A stretch of 60,682 bases of DNA, filler included, from Fonticula-like sp. SCN 57-25 (Eukaryota): assembly GCA_001724245.1 (NCBI GenBank). It is 4 parts of 4 records of this genome, joined end to end, with 100 filler letters (N's around TTAATTAATTAA, not from the genome) between each part and the next. Parts side by side here need not be neighbours in the genome. Positions count along the whole stretch, not along the records: positions 15,210 to 30,317 come from MEDX01000143.1; positions 30,418 to 45,500 come from MEDX01000144.1; 2 more parts are not named here. The stretch is one strand, 5' to 3'. The translations under genes and the position numbers were made by a program. The notes beneath the pieces were generated by a model that made no database searches, was not told the origin of the DNA, and saw only the letters and a list, made by a program, of their open reading frames with translations. Shown here in pieces: positions 23,767 through 35,598 of this stretch (within the stretch, counting starts at the first letter, position 1; each line of letters opens with the position of its first letter).

Positions 23767-24013
23767 ATGGGCCACGGACCAGCAGCGTTCCCGCCGGTGC
23801 CGCCGCGCTGGCAGACGTGGGCGGGCCGCACAATGGGCGCCGTCATGTGGTTTTGGATTATGTACCGCGCCAAGCAGGACGGCCCCGTTCTTATCGTACG
23901 AAGAGGGCTTTTTCGGAATCGTTTTTTGGGTGCTAATCCTCGTGTGGTAGGGAGCGCGCCACCCTTGGGAGGGACACGGCCATGGGGCTGACCATAAGGA
24001 GTCTCACCATTAA
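23767..24013 (+). CDS. NDUFB2: NADH dehydrogenase (complex I) subunit B2/AGGG
   Basis: MGAVMWFWIMYRAKQDGPVLI|GARHPWE; intron 23896-23950. Confidence 0.92.
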
Positions 24014-24083
24014 GTCGTCGTAATTCCTTTCATTTACTATGTCTAATTCTTTTCAAATATACACTTTCTCCTACTACTTTTAC

Positions 24084-25325
24084 TCAGTCTCTCTTTGGCG
24101 AGTCTTGGCATCGGATCTCGTCCGTGATCGGATAGTCCGGGTACGGATTGAACGCTGCGATTCCGCCGCGGCCGACGGCGTCCCACCTGTGCGCCCCGCT
24201 CATCCCGGCGATGATGTCGAGATAGTCCGGCTCTGACTCTGCCGTGATGAACCCGCGCTGGATCAAAAAGTGGATCAGGACGAGCGCGCAGTTGGGCTTG
24301 AACTCGCCGGCGGCGATGCGATCCATCGTCTAGCGACAGGAAGAAGGGTAAGGGAAAGGGAAAGCGTAAGCGTATGAAAGTGGCGGCAAAATGGCGTACC
24401 TCTTTCACTGTCCAGAGGTAAAATTCGCCTACTTCGCCATCCGCAGGAACCGGAACAAAGTCCTAGAAAAGGCGTCAAATGAGCGAAAAGGCACATAAAA
24501 AGGGCGAAAAACGTCTGAAAAGCGCAAAAACGCACCGCTGAAAGCTCCAAGTCAAAAACGTATTGCGTTTCCGGCGTGAGTCCCCGCTCGAGCTCAATGT
24601 AGTACGACACCGCCCCCGTGCTCACAGCCTTCCTGGCGATCGCCTCTGGCACGCCCGCCTCCTCGGCGCACTCCTTCACGACGTTATCCATGAGCCCAAT
24701 TCCCAGAGGCTGGCCGCCCGCGACAAAGTTGTCCAGGAATCCCGGCCATGTCTGCTTGGTGGCGCTGCGGCGCGCGATCCACAGCTTGATGTCACCAGAG
24801 GTAGGATCCCGCACGTACCCGTTGATGTGCACGCCCAGGCCGAGCGTGCCAAATATGGGGACCGCGGCGCGCTCGAGCCAGAAAAGAGGGGTCGAGGAGA
24901 AGGCGGATGTCGACGGGACGCAGTACGACTCGTTGCGCCATCCCTTGAGCGTGGACCAGAAGCGCTGATGGGCAACACGTAAGCGAAATGCGAAAAGGAA
25001 AACAAGAACGGACCTGTTCAGAGCGCCAGGTAGATAGGAGAGAGGAGAGAGCGTCGCTGCGGCCGCTCGGCGTGTTGAGCGAGGGGGCAAAGGACACGCG
25101 ATCCGGCGTGCAGGCAAACACGTCGGGATGATGCTCGAGGGCGGCGAGCACATCGGGCCTACCATCAAATGTTACTCTCCCAATATTCAAATCCAAAACC
25201 TACCTTATGCTTCCCACAATGACGCCATCGACAATAAAGGGCAGGCACTCTGCGCGGCTCGATCCCGGCAGGTAGAACGAGTTGCACCGCCGCACCACAT
25301 CCAGGAGCCGCATCGTTCCCGCCAT
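24084..25325 (-). CDS. Nudix hydrolase 20 / YJR142W-like (DUF4743 + NUDIX)
   Basis: Motifs GWRNESY, LERAAVPIFG, GVHINGYV, WIARRSATKQTWPGFLDNFVAGG, KECAEEAG, YVFDLEL and FKPNCAL; several introns. Confidence 0.9.
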
Positions 25326-25327
25326 GT

Positions 25328-25372
25328 CAGTTTGCAGTTTGCGCAGATCTGCAGTTTGCAGTTTGCATATCA
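25328..25372. promoter_or_regulatory. Four CAGTTTG units in the ~82-bp bidirectional promoter
   Basis: cagtttgcagtttgcgcagatctgcagtttgcagtttgcatatcag between the Nudix gene and RCL1. Confidence 0.5.
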
Positions 25373-25407
25373 GCCACGCTGCACCTTGCGTTGGTGGTGC
25401 GGCCGTC

Positions 25408-26610
25408 ATGTCGGTCGTCGAGTGCGAGGGCAGCAACTATTTCCGCCAGCGCGTTGTGTTTTCTCTTTTGAGTGGCAAGCCGCTAAAAATCAGCAATATC
25501 CGTTCTCTTGAAGACAACCCTGGTCTCCGCGGTGCGTCTCCCATTCTCTCGCATTTGTTGTGTGCTGACCATCGTGTTGCCGTCCTGATCCCCGCAGATC
25601 ATGAGCTTTCCTTTCTCAAGCTGATTGAGTCGATCACGAATGGCACGATTGTCAAGATCAGCTACACTGGCACGACCGTCGCCGTAAAGCCCGGCGTGAT
25701 CATTGGCGGCAAGGTAACGCATGATTGCGGCACCGCTCGCGCCATCGGCTACTACCTCGAGCCCCTCCTGATGCTCGCCCCCTTTTCCAAGAACGGCTTC
25801 ATGCTGACCCTTCTCGGCATCACGAATGACCAGCAGGACGTTTCCGTTGACACGCTCCGCACGGTCGCTCTCCCCCAGCTCGCCAAGTTTGGCGTTGATT
25901 CCGATGTCGAGCTCAAGGTCGAGAAGCGCGGCGCCCCCCCGAATGGCGGCGGCCAGGTCTTTTTCCGCTGCGTCCCCGTGCGCTCGCTCAAGCCGATCAA
26001 CTGCACGGACGACGGCCGCATCAAGCGCATCCGCGGCATCGCCTACTCGACGCGCGTGTCGCCGCAGACCGCCAACGTCGTCATCGAGTCGGCGCGCTCG
26101 CTGCTCAACCACTTTATCCCCGACGTCTTCATCTACACGGACCACTACAAGGGCGCAGAGAGCGGCAGGTCGCCGGGCTACGGCCTCGCGCTCGTCGCGG
26201 AGAGCACGACGGGCGCGCTGCTGTCGGCCGAGAGCTGCGGCATGGGCGGCGAGCCGCCGGCAGAGGCGGGCATCAGGGCCGCCAAGCTGCTCTACGCAGA
26301 GATCGCAAAGGGGGGGTACTGCGACGCGACGCAGCAGCCACTCAACTTGCTTATGATGGCGCTCGGGCCAGAGGACGTTAGCAAGATTAGGTTTGGGAAA
26401 CTGACGCCGTTTTCGTACGAAATTTGATGCTCCAAAAGTCGTGAAAAGTGGGCGCTGACATTATTTTTGTAATATAGGATGCAGTTCCTGAGGGATTTGA
26501 AGACGTTTTTCGGCGTCACGTTCAAGATTCAGACGGACGCAGAGACAAAGACGGTCATTATGACGTGCGTCGGGACAAGCTACATCAACGTCAACAAAAA
26601 GATTACGTAG
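25408..26610 (+). CDS. RCL1: RNA 3'-terminal phosphate cyclase-like protein
   Basis: FRQRVVFSLLSGK, NPGLR|DHE, RAIGYYLEP, KRGAPPNGGG, RIRGIAYSTRVSP, QFLRDLK.FFG; introns 25532-25597 and ~26415-26478. Confidence 0.95.
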
Positions 26611-26731
26611 ATGGAATGTGTCGCTTTTGTGTTGTTGCCGTGTATATTTTGCTCAATCGGGGAGAATAAATGTGTGTTTCAGATTATTTTTATTAGCAAA
26701 ACAGTCTATAAAAGCGGTCCAACCTAACTGA

Positions 26732-29094
26732 TTACAGCTTTGCCTTCCTTCCCTCCCAGTACTTGTCCCTAATAACGCGCTTCATAATCTTGCCATGGTC
26801 CGTGCGCGGCAGCTCGTCATGAAAAGTCACCTGCTTTGGCGCCTTGAAGCGCGCGATCCGCTCCTGGCAAAACGCAATCAACTCGCGCTCAGAGACAGAG
26901 TCCGTTGGCCCTGCCCCTCCAGTAAATCCCGGTTTGAGCTGGACAGCCGCGTGGACGCGCTCGCCGTAGTCGTCGTCGGGAACGCCAAAGACGGCGACGT
27001 CGGCGACGGCGGGGTGCAGGTGAAGGGCCGCCTCCACTTCGGCGGGGTAGATGTTGACGCCGCCAGAGATGATCATGTCGATCTTGCGATCGAGGATGAA
27101 GACAAAGCCGTCGGCGTCGAGCATGGCCACGTCGCCGACAGAGCACCAGTCGCCTTTGAAGGCTGCGCAAAACAGTTTAATAAATGAGAAAGAAGTGTGC
27201 AATGCGCAAACTGATACAATGGACATCAACAGATACAAAGTGCAAAGTCAAGCAAATGATAGCCATACGTGATATCAACATGCAAAATGCAAACTGACTA
27301 GATAGTGGAAGCCACACATGGAGACAAAAGGCATCATCAACATGCACACACTGCAAAATGCAAACTGTGTGACAATAACATGAATGTACACTCAATGATA
27401 CAAGATACGATACACTGCAAAGGAGACATAAACCGCATCCATACACATAACAATACAGTGCAAAGTAAAAACAGTTATCAACATAATGCAAACATATTCA
27501 GTTTGCAGTTGTTCCTTTCCCACCCATGTACGTACTTTTACTTGTCTTTTCGTCGTCTCCATAGTACCCCTCAAACATGCCATCGTACCGCCTCACATAC
27601 AGCTCCCCCGCCTCATTGGGCCCCAGCCGCCGAAACTGATCGTCAAACACGCCGAGCTCCATGCCCGGGACCACGCGGCCGCACGAGTTGGGCTTGATGG
27701 CCACGTGCTCGGGCCGCAGCACGGTGTTGATGCCCATCTCGGTGCTCCCGTAAAACTCGTAAAACACCGGGCCAAACAGAGCGTGCAGCTGCTCTTTCGA
27801 CTGTTGTGACGTCATCGTGACGTCATTGTTGGTGAGTGATCGTGTGATGACGTCAGAGGCGTACGGATTGGGGGCAGGGGGCGCCGCCGCACAGGACGGC
27901 CTTGAGCGATGACGTGTCGTGGGAGGCGATGAATTCGCGCGGGAGAGAAATAAGGCGCTTGATAAGGACGGGCGGCATGTACGTGCTCGTGATGCGGTAC
28001 TTTTCTATCAGTTCGACGGCCGTGCGCGCGTCAAACTTGCTCAGCATGACAACAGTACTGAGGTGAGATGATGGAAAATGGCGCGAAAAATGGCGCGAAA
28101 CATGGGGTTAGTAAAAATTGATGCAGCAAATAAGGAAATTGATCGTACCCGCCAAGCATGCATGCAAGCGCTGTGCATTATATCAAATTTTACATAAGCA
28201 TTACATAATTGTCAGTCACTTTTGCTCTAAAAATAGACCTTCCGTACAGCACATTGCGTTTGGCGCCGAGTGGTAGAGCGGCGTCGCGCACAAATGCCTC
28301 TATCAAAAAACAGTTAGCAAGCGCCAGAAAGCACACTTTGTCGCTCACGTGGCCATAGAGATGCATGTCGACTTCCTTCAACCACATGGCCGCGGCCGTA
28401 TTTGGCTTGCTGCGGAGCGCCGCCTTTGGCTTGCCGGATGTGCCGCCAGTGTAGAGCATCGTGGCGGCGTTTGGCTTGGCGGGAAAGTCGGCGCTGCCGC
28501 TCGCGGCCAGAGCGGCAAAGGTCGTGCAGAAGGCGCGGCGGGCGTCCTGCATGGATACCCACAGGCGGACGCGAGGACAAAGGGGGACGAGCGCGTCGAT
28601 CACGGAAAGGTAGGCATCATCAAAAAAGACGCACGACGCCTCGCTCTGCAAGTAGGAATTAATCAAAAAATAGTCGTGAAAATACATTATAAAGAGAAAA
28701 TGCACTGTTTAACATTGAACACAAGGTGGGAAACGCAGCAAACAATAGACACATAGGACGAGCATCGACGTACGTTGTCAAAGACCCACTTGACTTCGTC
28801 CAATGAAAGCTTCCAGTTACAAGGCACGTGAACAGCCCCGATGGCGGCGCACACGTGCTGCATTGTCAGCCACTCGATCGAGTTGTGTCCGTATACAACG
28901 ACGCGATCCTGCGCACGGATCCCCGCAGCCAGCATCGCATTGGCGACGCGGTTCCGCTGATGGATGTACTCGCGCCACGTGAGCTGCCGCGCGTCATGGA
29001 CGATAGCCAATGAGTCGCCCTTGCGAATAGCGTGTTGGCCAAGCCGGTCCGCCTTGACGGGCACCGACCGATCTACGGCAGCCTCCGTCGCCAT
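26732..29094 (-). CDS. AMP-dependent acyl-CoA synthetase (bacterial-like class I adenylate-forming enzyme)
   Basis: MLYTGGTSGKPK, PLYHSA, YEFYGSTE, GDVAMLDADGFVFILDRKIDMIISGGVNIYPAEVE, LPRTDHGKIMKR; multiple introns; ends in AKL (possible PTS1). Confidence 0.9.
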
Positions 29095-29262
29095 CTCGCC
29101 CCGGTGCGTGACTTGGGCGTGACACACACAAACAAAGCGGCAGTTTGCAGTTTGCCGCAGTTTTACGTGTTTGCCCTGTATTCTGCCCTGGATTCACCCC
29201 CAACAGAAACCAGTTGTTGCAGTGGAATTGTCCGGGAACTGTGCACCTGACCTGCGTAGATC

Positions 29263-30139
29263 ATGGCCGCCATTGTCGACCCGGTGAGCCCGGCGCAGTC
29301 GTCGAGCACGATGTGCAGCTACGCGGACAACTTTTGGGGCCCCTGGAATGAGCAGGATCCCTTTCGCGGCTTTTCCGTTCTCGTCGGCCACATGAAGAAC
29401 AGTGCGTTTCACTTTTCCTCGACTGTTTTCGCCGCCGGCCCCTGACACGTGATGTGCAGTCCGCCGTGAAGTGAAAGAGTTCAACGACTATTTCAAGGAA
29501 CGCGCTCTTATCGAGGAAGAGTACGGTCGCAAGCTGCTCAAGCTCGGCTCGCATCCGCTTGATCCCGAAGGCTTTGGCGTCCCCTCTGATGTTGATGCCA
29601 CCCTAAAGTCTGCGTTCGTATCGCTTCTCGGCGAGACGCGTTCGCTCGGCCAGTCGCACGCGCAGCTTGCCTCCGACATAAAGTCGCTCATTTGCGAGTC
29701 GATGTCGTCGCTCGAGCTTCAGATCAAGGCGATGACGCACGAGCAGGCGCGCGTGGTCGAGGAGAAGCAGCGCCGCTTCCGCGATCTCCGCAGCGCCGCG
29801 CACAAGCAGAAGAGCACGTACACGTCGCTGTGCAAGGAGCTCGACACGCTCAGGGAAGAGCTTACGACGATCTCGGGCGGCTCGTCCACTTCTTCGGCAA
29901 TCGCTGCCGGGGGCACGACGCCGACGACGCCGACGAGCGGCGGCAAGTCGCAGGACAAGATCACCGAGCGGCTCACGCAAAAGTCGGCAAAGCTCCAAAA
30001 GGAGATTGACGTTGCCGACCGTGCGTACCAGCACGCCGTCGAGGCGCTTGAGCCCGCGAGGAGCGAGTGGGAGGACACGACGTCCACGACGTACCACCTC
30101 TTTGAAGGAATCGACATGAACAGGACAATCCACGTCAGG
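29263..30139 (+). CDS. F-BAR/FCH domain protein (PSTPIP/Hof1-like), 3'-truncated
   Basis: SYADNFWG...GFSVLVGHMK, KEFNDYFKERALIEEEYGRKLLKL, TLKSAF, HAQLA; intron ~29402-29459. Confidence 0.85.
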
Positions 30140-30317
30140 GTACGAGATCTGTCGGAAGATTTATGTGTTTTTTATTGGTAATTGATGTTGTTTTGAGCTT
30201 TTTGTGTCTCTTTTCGATTAAAATGTGGTTTAAAATATTGTACTGGATCGTTGGATAGCATGCAAAACTCTTTTTGTTTTGTGCCTTGCGATTGATGCCT
30301 TTCATGTGAATCTGAGC

Positions 30318-30417
30318 NNNNNNNNNNNNNNNNNNNNNNNNNNNNNNNNNNNNNNNNNNNNTTAATTAATTAANNNNNNNNNNNNNNNNNNNNNNNNNNN
30401 NNNNNNNNNNNNNNNNN
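30318..30417. other. Artificial contig linker
   Basis: N44-TTAATTAATTAA-N44. Confidence 0.97.
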
Positions 30418-30532
30418 ACGCCCATATGTGCCTATCAATTCAACTGGACTCTGGACTTTATGGGACAAAAGTTTTCGTCTTCACTTCCCTTCATACATAC
30501 AAAAGCCGACACAGTTTTATGCTCTGTACAGT

Positions 30533-31410
30533 TTAAAACTTGGCGAACTGCTTGCTGCCGGCGACGGCCTTGCGGTCGACACGGATAACGTTGAAGCGAA
30601 CAGTCTTGGAGAGCGGGCGGCACTGGCCGACAGTGACGGTGTCACCCTCCTCGACACGGAAAGCGGGCGAAAGGTGAGCAGAGAGCTTCACGTGGCGCTT
30701 CTCGTAACGGTTGTACTTCTTGATGAAGTGGAGGTAGTCACTAAAAGATCACGAGGTAAGCATCGATCGACCAAGAAAAGATACTACAGAATCACGACAC
30801 GGTTCCACGCCAACACTCTTCTTCGTCATGGCTAATTTTGTTTCCCTACGACTCTTCACTGCATAAATGGGGGAAAAGACGTACCGGCGGATGGTGATGG
30901 TGTTCTTCATCTTGTTGGAAGCAACGACACCCGAGAGGATGCGGCCGCGGATCGAGACATCACCAGTGAAGGGGCACTTCTTGTCGATGTAGGTGCCGGT
31001 GATGGCCTCAAGGGGGGTCTTGAAGCCGAGACCGATGCTGCGGTAGTAGCGGCCGACATTCGAGCGCTTGGGGCCGAGGGCCTTGCGCACGAAGAGGTTG
31101 GCGCCGTCCTGCTTCTGGAAAGCCTTCTCCGTCTATTGCATCAAAGAAAAAGAGAGAAAGGGAGAAAATTCCATGTTAGCGTCACGTTGAAAGAAAGCGG
31201 GTATTCGGGAAAGGCAAGAGGAACGCCATTGCGGCACAGCATCGAGCAGCGAGACACGCCACGATCCAATCATCGGCGGCATGTCTCGTGCCATTTTTAC
31301 GATTCGTTTGGTACAAAAAAGCACCGCATAATTACCCTACCCTTTCCCTCATCCCCCAGCCCCTCCTCCCACTCGCCCCGCTGGCCTACCTGGTGGATGT
31401 CAGTGTTCAT
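30533..31410 (-). CDS. RPS11: 40S ribosomal protein S11 (uS17)
   Basis: [54 protein letters not shown]; introns 31133-31389 and 30741-30884. Confidence 0.96.
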
Positions 31411-31743
31411 CGCTGCAAAGGGAAACCCACGTTCGCCGACGAAAGGAAAGGAAAAAGAGGACTTGACTGAGGAAAAAAGCGGCACCCATAAGGATCTTGA
31501 AAATCGTCCCTCGTGCTCGATTGATCCACTACGGAATGCCATATTGGATCATGTTCACTAAAAAGAATCGTCTCTCGTCTCGACCATGCAGGCAGATGAT
31601 GGTGGTCAGGACAAGTGTTGATGGGCATCAAGAAATGTTCCCACGTGGATCTGGGGAAAAGGGAAAACGGCGGACCACGTGCCGATAATCAGCTCACTCA
31701 ATACTTTCTCTCCCTGTAAACCGCAGGAAGCAAGGAATCGAGG

Positions 31744-32027
31744 ATGACGACTGGCGACTTCCGTGTCAAGGTGCGTTGTCTAGTTAAGGCGCGCGGCCCG
31801 CGTGCTGACGTGCATGTTTTTCTTAGGATATCACTCTTGCCGAGTTCGGCCGCAAGGAGATTGACCTTGCTGAGGTCGAGATGCCCGGCCTTATGGCCAC
31901 CCGCGAGGAGTTTGGCGCTGCCCAGCCCTTCGCTGGCGCTCGCATCATGGGCTCGCTCCACATGACCGTCCAGACCGCCGTCCTCATTGAGACGCTCAAG
32001 GCTCTCGGTGCCGATGTCCGCTGGTGC

Positions 32028-32059
<32 letters not shown>

Positions 32060-33236
32060 TGCCGCTGCCGTCGTCGCTGCCAAGACCTCGGCCGTCTTCG
32101 CGTGGAAGGGCGAGACCATCGAGGAGTACTGGTGGTGCACTGAGCGTGCGCTCACCTGGCCCGATGGTGAGGGCCCGGACCTTATTGTTGACGACGGTGG
32201 TGATGCCACCCTCCTCATCCACAAGGGTTTCGAGTTTGAGGTTGCCTTTGCCAAGGACGGCTCGCTCCCCGACCCGGCCACCGTCGCCTCGGACATTGAG
32301 CTCTTCAATGTGTACACTATCATCCGCCGCTCGATCGAGAAGGATGCCAAGCGCTTCCACCGCATGGTCGAGCGCATGATTGGTGTCTCTGAGGAGACCA
32401 CCACCGGTGTCCACCGCCTCAAGGACATGGCCCGCGCTGGCTCGCTCCTCTTCCCCGCCATCAACGTCAACGACTGCGTCACCAAGTCCAAGTTTGACAA
32501 CATCTATGGCTGCCGCCACTCGCTCCCCGACGGCATCATGCGCGCCACCGACGTTATGCTTGCTGGCAAGAAGGTCGTCATCTGCGGCTTTGGTGATGTC
32601 GGCAAGGGCTGCGTCCAGGCCATGAAGGCCGCCGGTGCCTGGGTCATGATCACTGAGATCGACCCGATCTGCGCCCTCCAGGCTTGCATGGACGGCATCC
32701 CCGTCGTCCGCCTCGAGGACGTCATCACCGAGGTTGACATTGTCGTCACGACCACCGGCAACCGCGACATTGTCATGGCCGACCACATGCGCCGCATGAA
32801 GAACAACGCCATCGTCGGCAACATTGGCCACTTTGACAACGAGATTGACATGGCCGGCCTCCTCAACGACAAGACCATTGTCCGCCAGAACATCAAGCCC
32901 CAGGTTGACCGCTTCGTCTTCCCCGACGGCCACGGCGTCATTGTCCTTGCCGAGGGCCGCCTCCTCAACCTCGGCTGCGCCACCGGCCACCCGTCCTTTG
33001 TCATGTCGTGCTCGTTCACCAACCAGGTCCTCGCCCAGATCGAGCTCTGGGCCAACCGCTCGACCGGCAAGTACAAGAAGGATGTCTACCTCCTCCCCAA
33101 GTCCCTCGACGAGAAGGTCGCCCGCCTCCACCTCGGCAAGCTCGGCGCCAAGCTCACTGAGCTCACCCCGACCCAGTCGTCGTACCTCGGCCTCAACCCC
33201 GCCGGCCCCTACAAGCCCGACTCGTACCGCTATTAG
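31744..33236 (+). CDS. AHCY: S-adenosylhomocysteine hydrolase (long-insert type)
   Basis: [57 protein letters not shown]; intron 31771-31826. Confidence 0.98.
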
Positions 33237-33532
33237 AGCGAGCGGGTTGAAAAAATTTGACCCCCAATTTGCACGGTGTTTTCAATACATCCTTTTCCCA
33301 TTGTGATCCTCTTTTTTACTGTCCACTTGAACAATTAACAGGCAAAGTGGTGTACATGAAGCTAAACAGCACACGATAGCATAGTGTCCATAATACAGAA
33401 CAGTTTGATGCATGATGTGGCATATATGACATATCCGTAGTGCATTTTAGAGTCTGAAAAGGTGATTGCCATATGAAAGAAGTCTATTGAAATGATGGAA
33501 TGGTGCAAGTGATATGGATACATGCCCCAGTT

Positions 33533-35598
33533 TTAATGCAATTCCTGGTTATCGTCATCAAACTCGTCGTCAAACTCTTCGTCTCCCCCGAGCGTGTGGG
33601 CGGCGCTTGCCGCGGCGCCATCATCGCTGGTCACGCGCCCGAGCTCAATCACCGCCTCGCGCGTGCTGTTAAACATATGCTCCGGCGGCACGATATCGAG
33701 CATTTTCGCGCGCTCAAACGTCCTCCTTACCTTGTCGGAAACGCGCACAAACCCAACACGGATTCCGCGGCTCTCATAATGCTCTGCAATCTCAATCATT
33801 GACTGCAGTGCCCTATGCGTACATGGTGTGTTAGCCATGGCGGGAAAGCGAAATTTGAAAGCTAAACGTACGAGGCGTCGATTGTCTGCATGCGCTCGAG
33901 GTCAAATACGATGACGCGCAGCTGCCTCGCGACGACGTCGTCTCCCGGGTGATTCGAAAGCGACCCAAACAGCTCGACGCGCCTCAGCCTGTCCTTTAGC
34001 AGCCCCGAGTTTGCAAAGTAGAGCGAGTCAAACATCTGCAGCAGAATCATTCCGTCGACGGCGGTCGCGCCGTGGCGGCCAATCTCGACGTACTTTGTCG
34101 TCCCCGGGACGACGCCGAGCACGGCAAACATTGGCTTTGTCGTCTCCTTCATGACGAGGCCGACCGACACGAGGATGCTGACAAAGATGCCGACCTCGAC
34201 GCTGATGAGGAGCGTGACAAAGAAAATGATGGCAAACATGACAATGTCGCTGTACGCGCGGATGCGCCACAGGAATAAAAGGTCGTGTAGCTCGATGAGG
34301 TTGAACGCCGCGTACAGCACGATGGCCGCCTGCGTCGCGATGGGGAGGTACTTGAACGCCGGCAGCATAAACAGGATCGCAAACAGCACAATGATGCCAG
34401 TCACAAAGCCGTACACTTGCGTGCGCGCGCCCGACGCGTCCGCCACCGACGTGCGCGACATGGACGCAAAGGCAGGGTACCCGCCAAAGAAGCAGCTCAA
34501 AATGTTCATCATGCCAAAGGCGACGAGCTCGCGGTTGTCCGAAATGGCATAGCCGTGCTTGTTGGCCTGCTCCTTGGCGACAATGATGGACTCGACGAAC
34601 CCGACAATGGAGATGACGACGGCCGACAGCAAGAGGTTTGAGACGCGCGCAGAGGTGAGAAGCGGCACGCGAGGGGTCACAAAGCCGCCCTGGATGTCGC
34701 CCAGGATCGCGAGGCCATGCTGGTCGAGCTGGAATCCCCACGCGAGCAGCTCGGATACAATCACGAGAAGCATGATGGACGGGAAAAGGCGCATGACGGT
34801 GCTGTGAGAGTAGTAGCGCTCGCGGACAAACTTGAACGCCATCAAAAGTGCGACGCCGATAAAGCTAAAGAGGCAGGGGTACAGCTGCGTCTCGCTAATG
34901 TGCTCAAAAATAAAGATGAGCTTCATTAGCGTTGACGAGCCTTCTTCCCAGTGCGACTGAAGGCCGAGCGCGCGGTGAAGCTGCTCGACAATGACGACAA
35001 AGGCGACGCCAGTGATGAAGCCGCGGTTTGTGGCACGCGAAAGGATGCAGTCAAGGTAGCCAAGGCGGAAAAGGCCGAGGGCAAACGTGAAAAGGCCAAC
35101 AAGGCACGTCAAAACTGCGACGAGGGCGAGGCGCTCCTCGGGATCTTCCTCGTACACGATCGCCGCGCCAGTCATGATGCTTACAACGGCCTCAGGGCCG
35201 ACGGCAACGTGCCGCGACGTGCCGAGGAAAATGTACACCATGATGGGGACAAAGCTCGTGTACAGACCGTACATCGGGTCGAGATCGGCGAGGCTCGCGT
35301 ATGACAGCGACTGCGGGATCAAAAGGCACGCCACGGCGATGCCGGCGAGAATGTCGTACAAGATGTCGGTCTTGCGGTAAGCGGGGAGCCAGCTCAGGAT
35401 GGGGATATAGTAACGCAGACGCTTCTTTATGTTGTGCTTGTCGAGGCGGCGGCCGTACTTGTCCGTCTTGAGACGGCGCGAAAAGCCCGTCACGCTGCCG
35501 TCAGAGCCATCGGCGGCCGAATCAAGAAGTGCCTCCAAGTCATCATCTTCACTATTTAGAGAGTTGTACGCGGCATCCATTTCGGGCGACACGTCCAT
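33533..35598 (-). CDS. SLC26/SulP anion (sulfate) transporter with STAS domain
   Basis: IPQSLSYASLA, GLYTSFVP, GTSRHVAVGP, NRELVAFG, SMSRT, LYFANSG; intron ~33815-33870. Confidence 0.93.

Noticed and set aside
31420-31740. SAH/SAM riboswitch upstream of AHCY
   Set aside because: No recognisable aptamer motif; eukaryotic bidirectional promoter context.
31698-33131. 477-aa antisense ORF over AHCY
   Set aside because: Shadow ORF produced by strong codon bias in a highly expressed GC-rich gene.
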